From IMG/VR virus record IMGVR_UViG_3300020059_000001, positions 14,679 through 78,678 of that record: DNA of 64,000 bases; one strand, written 5' to 3'. The position numbers and the translations under genes were made by a program. This DNA comes from a virus (taxonomy: Duplodnaviria; Heunggongvirae; Uroviricota; Caudoviricetes). Each line of letters starts with the position of its first letter. Within the stretch, counting starts at the first letter, position 1. The notes under the pieces were generated by a model. That model worked only from the letters and a program-made list of their open reading frames with translations. It ran no database searches and was not told where the DNA came from. Of the stretch, positions 59,295 through 64,000 are shown in pieces.

Positions 59295-62243
59295 CTACGG
59301 TCTGGTAGTGGTACCGGTGTCCGGACGGGTTGTAGTAGTACGACCAGACGAACCATGTGACTGGTGTGGAATATCCCAGTTGCCGGTAACCCCGGTACCC
59401 GGTCGGGAGGTAACACCGGTATCTGGTCGGGGCGTAATACCGGTGTCTGGCCGTGGAGTAACGGTCGGCGGCGCAAGAACTGTCGGACCCAACGCTGCGG
59501 CGAGCACAACAGCGGCCTCGGCGTTGGCCTGCGTGGCGAGCGAAACGTTGTCGACGGTGACGCCGACCGTGGCAACCCCGGCGTTCGTGCTCGTACCGAG
59601 TACCACGGTCGAGTCAAGTGCTGCCACTGCTGGTGCGGCAACACCCGCTGATACGGCGACCACGACGGTCGGATCAAGCGCGGCAACACCAACAAGGGCT
59701 TCCGTAGGAAGTACGTTGCTGGATGTGGCAACCGTGGAGTCGCCAGCAGTGGCGGCGGCAACTGCCACGCCGGCACCGGCGGCAACCGCCGTCGAGGAAT
59801 CGGTTGCCGCAGCGTTGACCGCAGCAGCCTCCGCCGACCCGGCAACAGAAGCAGCCGAATCGGTGCCGGTGGCCGCCACCAACGCTTGATCAGCGTTGAC
59901 GGTGCCCGTCGTTGACGGGTCTTCCGCGACGACACCGACGGTGGCCACGTCGGCCGGGGCGTTGGTGGCGTTCGCGGTGGAGACCGTGGGGTCCAGCGCG
60001 GCTACACCGACAGGTGCCGCGTCTGGATTAGCTGTGGTCGGGTCGGTCGCGGTTACAGCGACGAGCGCCTGGTCGGCCTGGGCAGCAACCAGGTCGGTGG
60101 GATCTGATTGGGCCGTACCGACAGTGGCAACACCGGGTGCCGGCGCCACCGATGCGGTCGGATCGGATTGGGTAATTCCGACCGTGGCCACGTCGGCGTT
60201 GACGGTGACGGTCGTTGATGGGGTTTCCGCGGTGGCTGCAACCGTAGCGACGCCGACCGTGCCGGCCTGCGGATCGATAGCTGCTGTAGCAGCGATGGCG
60301 ACATCGGCCGATACGGCAACCGACGCGACCGGATCCGACTGGGCTACACCAACGACGGCGACGTCGGCGTTAACCGTGACGGCAGTCGACGGATCGGTTG
60401 CGGTGACGGCGACTTCAGCGGCGCCAGCTGGTGCGTTAGTACCGCCCGTTGTAGAAACGGTCGGGTCGAGCCCGGCCACACCGACAGGTGCCGCTTCGGC
60501 AGAAGCCGAGACTGAAGCCACCGGGTCGGTAGCCGTCGCCGCCACAACAGCCTGGTCGGCGCCAGCAGTAAGCGTTGTCGACGAGTCGGTAGCAGCTGCG
60601 CTGACCGTCGCAGCCTCAGCCGCCACGGAGACAGCTGCCACCGAGTCAGTTCCGGTGACGGCAACGAGCGCCTGGTCGGCTCCGACATCCGCCGCCGTAG
60701 TTGAGTCACCGGCCGTTACCGCAACCTCAGCAGCTCCAGCTGGGGCATTGGTGTTCCCGGCAGCCGGCGCCGGGTTGATCTCGATATACGTCCAGCCGAG
60801 GTTTGTGGACGTACCAGGGATGGTGACATTGAGATTATTTGTGACGGTGTTGACGTCGTCGGCCAACGAACGGCGCAGGAACCCGTACGAGATCGACGTA
60901 CCGACCGAACCCGATCCGTCGGCGAAACCAGCGACAGTACAACCGGTGCCGGCAGTCTCCGCGCCAAGGGTGTCCCAGTCACAGACGGAAATGAAGCCCT
61001 GCGCTCCGGTGGCCTGCGCTGTGTATCCCTGGATGATCAGCGACGCCGAGGACGTGTGGGACTTGCCGTGCGCACCAACTGGTGTCGTCGGATCCTGCCC
61101 GGTCAACACTGTCACCGACAGCGCGGATTGCTTGAAACTTGTTGCCACACCGGACGTTACGGTGACGGTCATCGCCGCGGACGAGACCACCGGCGCGGTC
61201 CAGATCGCGGTCTGACCCTCGGAGTTCGGCGCCCCATCGGCCCGGGACTGCCAGTCCGACAGCGTGTATGTCAGGTGCCCGCCGAGGTTGTCGGTGACCG
61301 TCGGCGTGCCGGGGTTGACGCCGCTGGCCGAGTTACCCGACCAGCGGACCAACAGCAGCGACCCAGTCGGCGGGGTGAAACTAGCGGTGGTGATGGTGGC
61401 CGTGGCGCCGACGTTGTTGGTCACGATCGTCGGGCTGGAGGCGTCGATGAACAGACCGGGCACGACGGCCGGCACGTCGGCGGTACCGAACCACGGCACC
61501 AACCGGCCGTTCGGGGCGAAAAAGCCCGGCGGGTAGTTGGCGATAAACGGTGGCGGGTCGAGGTAGCCGGGGTCGCCGACCAATGGCAGGATTTCCAGCC
61601 AGCACCAGGTCAAGTTTGTCGACGACCCGGGCAAGCTGACGTTGAGCGAGTTGGGCGCGCCGAGACCGTCGTCGTTGAAGGTCCGGGTGGCGAAACCGTA
61701 GCTGAACGCGGCGTTGACGTCCGCCGAGCCCTCAACCGTGCAGCCACTGCCGGCGGTCTGAGCACCTTTCATGTCCCAGTCGGCGGTAACCAGAGACCCC
61801 TGGCCACCGGTCGCCGACGCCGTGTACGACTGGGAAATCGACGACGCTGACGTGGACCCGTTCTTGCCGTGCGCACCGGTCGGGGTGGACGTGTCGGCGC
61901 CGGTCCACACCTCGACACACACAGCGCCGTCGCGGAAGTTCGCCGCATTGTTCGTAACACTGACCGTCATCGCGGCGCCGGTACCGACGACCGCCGACCA
62001 GATTGCGCACTGGCTTTCGATGGCCGCATTGTCGGCCCGGGAGCGCCAGTCCGACAGGGTGTAGACCAGGTGCACGCCAAGGCTGTCGGTGACCGTCGGC
62101 GCACCCGGGTTGGAACCCTGAACGCTATTACCGGAGAACTTGATGACCAGGACAGAGTTGTCCGGCGGCGTAAAAGTCGCGGTGGTGATCGTGCCGGAGC
62201 CGGTAACAATTGCGGGAGTCGAGCCGTCGATCGCCAACGCCAC
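59295..62243 (-). CDS. large structural protein: two tandem about 250-aa homologous N-terminal domains, then about 430 aa of Ala/Val/Thr/Asp-rich imperfect repeats, Pro/Thr-rich C-terminus
   Basis: repeated TFTPPDNSVLVIKFSGNSVQGSNPGAPTVTDSLGVHLVYTLSDWRSRAD / TASFTPPTGSLLLVRWSGNSASGVNPGTPTVTDNLGGHLTYTLSDWQSRAD; repeats like VAVTATDPSTAVTVNADVA. Confidence 0.5.
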   Translation of the reverse strand: MALAIDGSTPAIVTGSGTITTATFTPPDNSVLVIKFSGNSVQGSNPGAPTVTDSLGVHLVYTLSDWRSRADNAAIESQCAIWSAVVGTGAAMTVSVTNNAANFRDGAVCVEVWTGADTSTPTGAHGKNGSTSASSISQSYTASATGGQGSLVTADWDMKGAQTAGSGCTVEGSADVNAAFSYGFATRTFNDDGLGAPNSLNVSLPGSSTNLTWCWLEILPLVGDPGYLDPPPFIANYPPGFFAPNGRLVPWFGTADVPAVVPGLFIDASSPTIVTNNVGATATITTASFTPPTGSLLLVRWSGNSASGVNPGTPTVTDNLGGHLTYTLSDWQSRADGAPNSEGQTAIWTAPVVSSAAMTVTVTSGVATSFKQSALSVTVLTGQDPTTPVGAHGKSHTSSASLIIQGYTAQATGAQGFISVCDWDTLGAETAGTGCTVAGFADGSGSVGTSISYGFLRRSLADDVNTVTNNLNVTIPGTSTNLGWTYIEINPAPAAGNTNAPAGAAEVAVTAGDSTTAADVGADQALVAVTGTDSVAAVSVAAEAATVSAAATDSSTTLTAGADQAVVAATATDPVASVSASAEAAPVGVAGLDPTVSTTGGTNAPAGAAEVAVTATDPSTAVTVNADVAVVGVAQSDPVASVAVSADVAIAATAAIDPQAGTVGVATVAATAETPSTTVTVNADVATVGITQSDPTASVAPAPGVATVGTAQSDPTDLVAAQADQALVAVTATDPTTANPDAAPVGVAALDPTVSTANATNAPADVATVGVVAEDPSTTGTVNADQALVAATGTDSAASVAGSAEAAAVNAAATDSSTAVAAGAGVAVAAATAGDSTVATSSNVLPTEALVGVAALDPTVVVAVSAGVAAPAVAALDSTVVLGTSTNAGVATVGVTVDNVSLATQANAEAAVVLAAALGPTVLAPPTVTPRPDTGITPRPDTGVTSRPGTGVTGNWDIPHQSHGSSGRTTTTRPDTGTTTRP

Positions 62244-62262
62244 GGCTCAGCCCCCCGAGCGG

Positions 62263-62565
62263 CTAATGGAAGTTAGTGCCCGCCAAGTGTTTCGCGTCGA
62301 ACCAGAAATCGTTGGTGGAGCCTTGGGTAGCCAACGCCCGGGAAATGTCCGACAGTGACTTCATCGCACTGAAACTACTTCGGATGGTGGTTATTTCACC
62401 GCCGGCGTAGCCGAGGGCAGTCAACGTCGCATCGGGAAGGATGGTCGTGTCATCCAACAACACCTTGAACGCCACATTCGCGTTCAAGGCATCACGGGTA
62501 GCCACAATCAGGCCGCCCATCAAATTGTCCAAACCGGTCTTCGAAATTACGTAGCCAACGGCCAC
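62263..62565 (-). CDS. hypothetical structural protein
   Basis: ORF 62263..62565. Confidence 0.35.
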   Translation of the reverse strand: MAVGYVISKTGLDNLMGGLIVATRDALNANVAFKVLLDDTTILPDATLTALGYAGGEITTIRSSFSAMKSLSDISRALATQGSTNDFWFDAKHLAGTNFH

Positions 62566-62581
62566 CCGGGTACTCCCCTAA

Positions 62582-63124
62582 CTAGGTAACGAGCTTGACT
62601 GAAATGTCGTTGACAGTAAGGGTGTTCGACGCCGACGAGGTCCCCCACTGCGCGCCGACCGTAATGTTCTGGACGATCGTCGTATTAATTGTGACGGTAC
62701 GCGCGGCGAGGGTTTCCGGAATTGCCCGGACCTGGAACACGTTGATCGCCGTAGGTAGGTACAACCGGCCCTGTCCCTGGATAGACCCGGCCGTACCGAT
62801 CGATCGGACCACACCCCGGTAGTGCAGCTGCCACGGCCACGACGCAGCCGCCGTCGTTGTCGTAACCGCAGCCGACGCCGCGAGCGCCACACCCGCGACT
62901 CCACCGAAATAGAAGCCCAACAGCAGCGTCGGCGTACCCGTGTTCGAAAATGAACCCGAGGCATTCAGTTCCAATTCCGAACCTGCCTCCAGCATCATCG
63001 CCGGAAACTGAATCTGCGGAAGTGGAGTTACGTCGGTTAACGTAATGGAAGTGTTGTAAGCGGCCCCGTCCGCAACGTGCATCGGGGGAATGGGCGCAAC
63101 CCAATATTGCCGAATTGTTCCCAC
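62582..63124 (-). CDS. hypothetical structural protein (Thr/Ala/Gly-rich)
   Basis: ORF 62582..63124. Confidence 0.4.
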   Translation of the reverse strand: MGTIRQYWVAPIPPMHVADGAAYNTSITLTDVTPLPQIQFPAMMLEAGSELELNASGSFSNTGTPTLLLGFYFGGVAGVALAASAAVTTTTAAASWPWQLHYRGVVRSIGTAGSIQGQGRLYLPTAINVFQVRAIPETLAARTVTINTTIVQNITVGAQWGTSSASNTLTVNDISVKLVT

Positions 63125-63167
63125 CTCCTTCTAAATTGAGGGGGAAACGAAAACGACTATTGGAACG

Positions 63168-63872
63168 CTACATGGTGGATAGGTATTCGATAGCCCGCTT
63201 CAGGCGCATTGGGTCATCAGCAAACCGGCCAAGACCGTTGTTACAGTTATTGCAGAGCACACCACGAACGCGCCCCGTGACATGATCATGATCGACCTGT
63301 GGACCCTTCTTGCCCCAGTCGTCGGTTTCGCAGATCGCGCACACCTCGTGCTGCGCCAACAGCAACTCCAACTCGGCTTTCGTTAAGCCGTAGGCCTCGT
63401 GTCGACGGGCTCGGATCTTGCAATCATCTGAGCAGTAGATCGCTCGACCGCGACGAATATGCGGGATCGGCCCACCACAGCCCCGACACGGGGGCCGAGT
63501 GTTGATTTTTTGTGCTCGAACTTCAGCCGCCCTCTTCGCGTTGTGCCAGTCCTGCCCACAGTCCGGTGAGCAGAAACGAGCATCTATCCGCTTCTTACCG
63601 AACGCGGCACCGCACTGCTCACAGTTCAAAACTGGGTCGGAGTAGTGCACCTTGCGCGTACGTTCCCAATGCGCCCGTTCATTGCACGGCCGGGAACAAT
63701 ACCTGGCATTCCACTTCCTGGTGGCAAACGACTTACCGCACTGCTTGCAGATCCGAACTGGTGGCTCGGTAGGCAAGATGCCGTGATAGCTGGCCCGTTG
63801 GTAATGGCGGGAACAGAGCCCTCGCCCGAAGGCCACGCCTTCACAGTCCGGTTCAGTGCAGGTATTCCGCAT
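63168..63872 (-). CDS. endonuclease VII-family (Recombination endonuclease VII/HNH-like) protein with N-terminal tandem zinc fingers
   Basis: C-terminal CAICETDDWGKKGPQVDHDHVTGRVRGVLCNNCNNGLGRF; four CxxC...C units N-terminally. Confidence 0.65.
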   Translation of the reverse strand: MRNTCTEPDCEGVAFGRGLCSRHYQRASYHGILPTEPPVRICKQCGKSFATRKWNARYCSRPCNERAHWERTRKVHYSDPVLNCEQCGAAFGKKRIDARFCSPDCGQDWHNAKRAAEVRAQKINTRPPCRGCGGPIPHIRRGRAIYCSDDCKIRARRHEAYGLTKAELELLLAQHEVCAICETDDWGKKGPQVDHDHVTGRVRGVLCNNCNNGLGRFADDPMRLKRAIEYLSTM

Positions 63873-64000
63873 ACTCCAACGATAGCCTCATTGAAGTTCA
63901 AATACTACAGGGTACAATTAATAATGCCATTTGAGTGCCAGACCACCGTAAATACACCATTTGTGACGGATTGGGTGCCGCCGAAGTAGTGGAATGAAAT

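Noticed and set aside
59896-61215. 439-aa plus-strand ORF
   Set aside because: It is antisense to the repetitive 982-aa structural gene, and the repeats generate open frames on both strands.

Overview
This window reads as a high-GC (~65%) actinobacteriophage or prophage segment, most likely from a temperate Streptomyces-like siphovirus. The host guess rests on three DUF397 proteins, GntR/LuxR/XRE regulators and an LPXTG surface protein. No bacterial housekeeping genes are present.

Layout, left to right:
- 1-900: a membrane protein and an HTH gene.
- 1266-7888: a dense array of about 35 tRNA genes, interleaved with two HNH endonucleases, a DUF397 gene, a lipoprotein and a 240-bp pentanucleotide-periodic GGCNN tract.
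- 7.9-36.8 kb: a long minus-strand early/replication module. It includes DUF4406, dCMP deaminase, HNH homing endonucleases, a DEDD exonuclease, two opposed IS200/605 TnpB insertions bracketing a MazG gene, DnaB helicase, a lambda-O-like initiator with iterons inside its own coding sequence, a ParB-like nuclease, a LuxR regulator, two vWA proteins, an SPFH protein, and a Rad52-type annealing protein interrupted by an intein whose endonuclease slot holds an out-of-frame HNH ORF.
- 36.5-38.5 kb: lysogeny module with Xis-like HTH, XRE repressor, tyrosine integrase and operator inverted repeats.
- 39-42.8 kb: GntR regulator with palindromic operators, an LPXTG sortase-anchored surface protein and twin terminator hairpins.
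- 42.8-43.3 kb: an intergenic region with tRNA-like T-arm remnants on the minus strand.
- 46.3-47.4 kb: lysis cassette with GH25 endolysin and a small holin-like protein; an upstream membrane-protein gene is split by an IS5-family transposase.
- 47.4-58.6 kb: tail module with minor tail proteins, a 1202-aa tape measure protein carrying an NlpC/P60 domain, a G/GT chaperone pair with a −1 slippery site, a major tail protein, an HNH insertion and small head-tail connector genes.
- 58.6-58.8 kb: a second GGCNN pentanucleotide tract.
- 59.3-63.9 kb: a 982-aa repeat-rich structural protein and an EndoVII-family nuclease.

All coordinates and starts come from manual reading and are approximate, typically ±3-30 nt.
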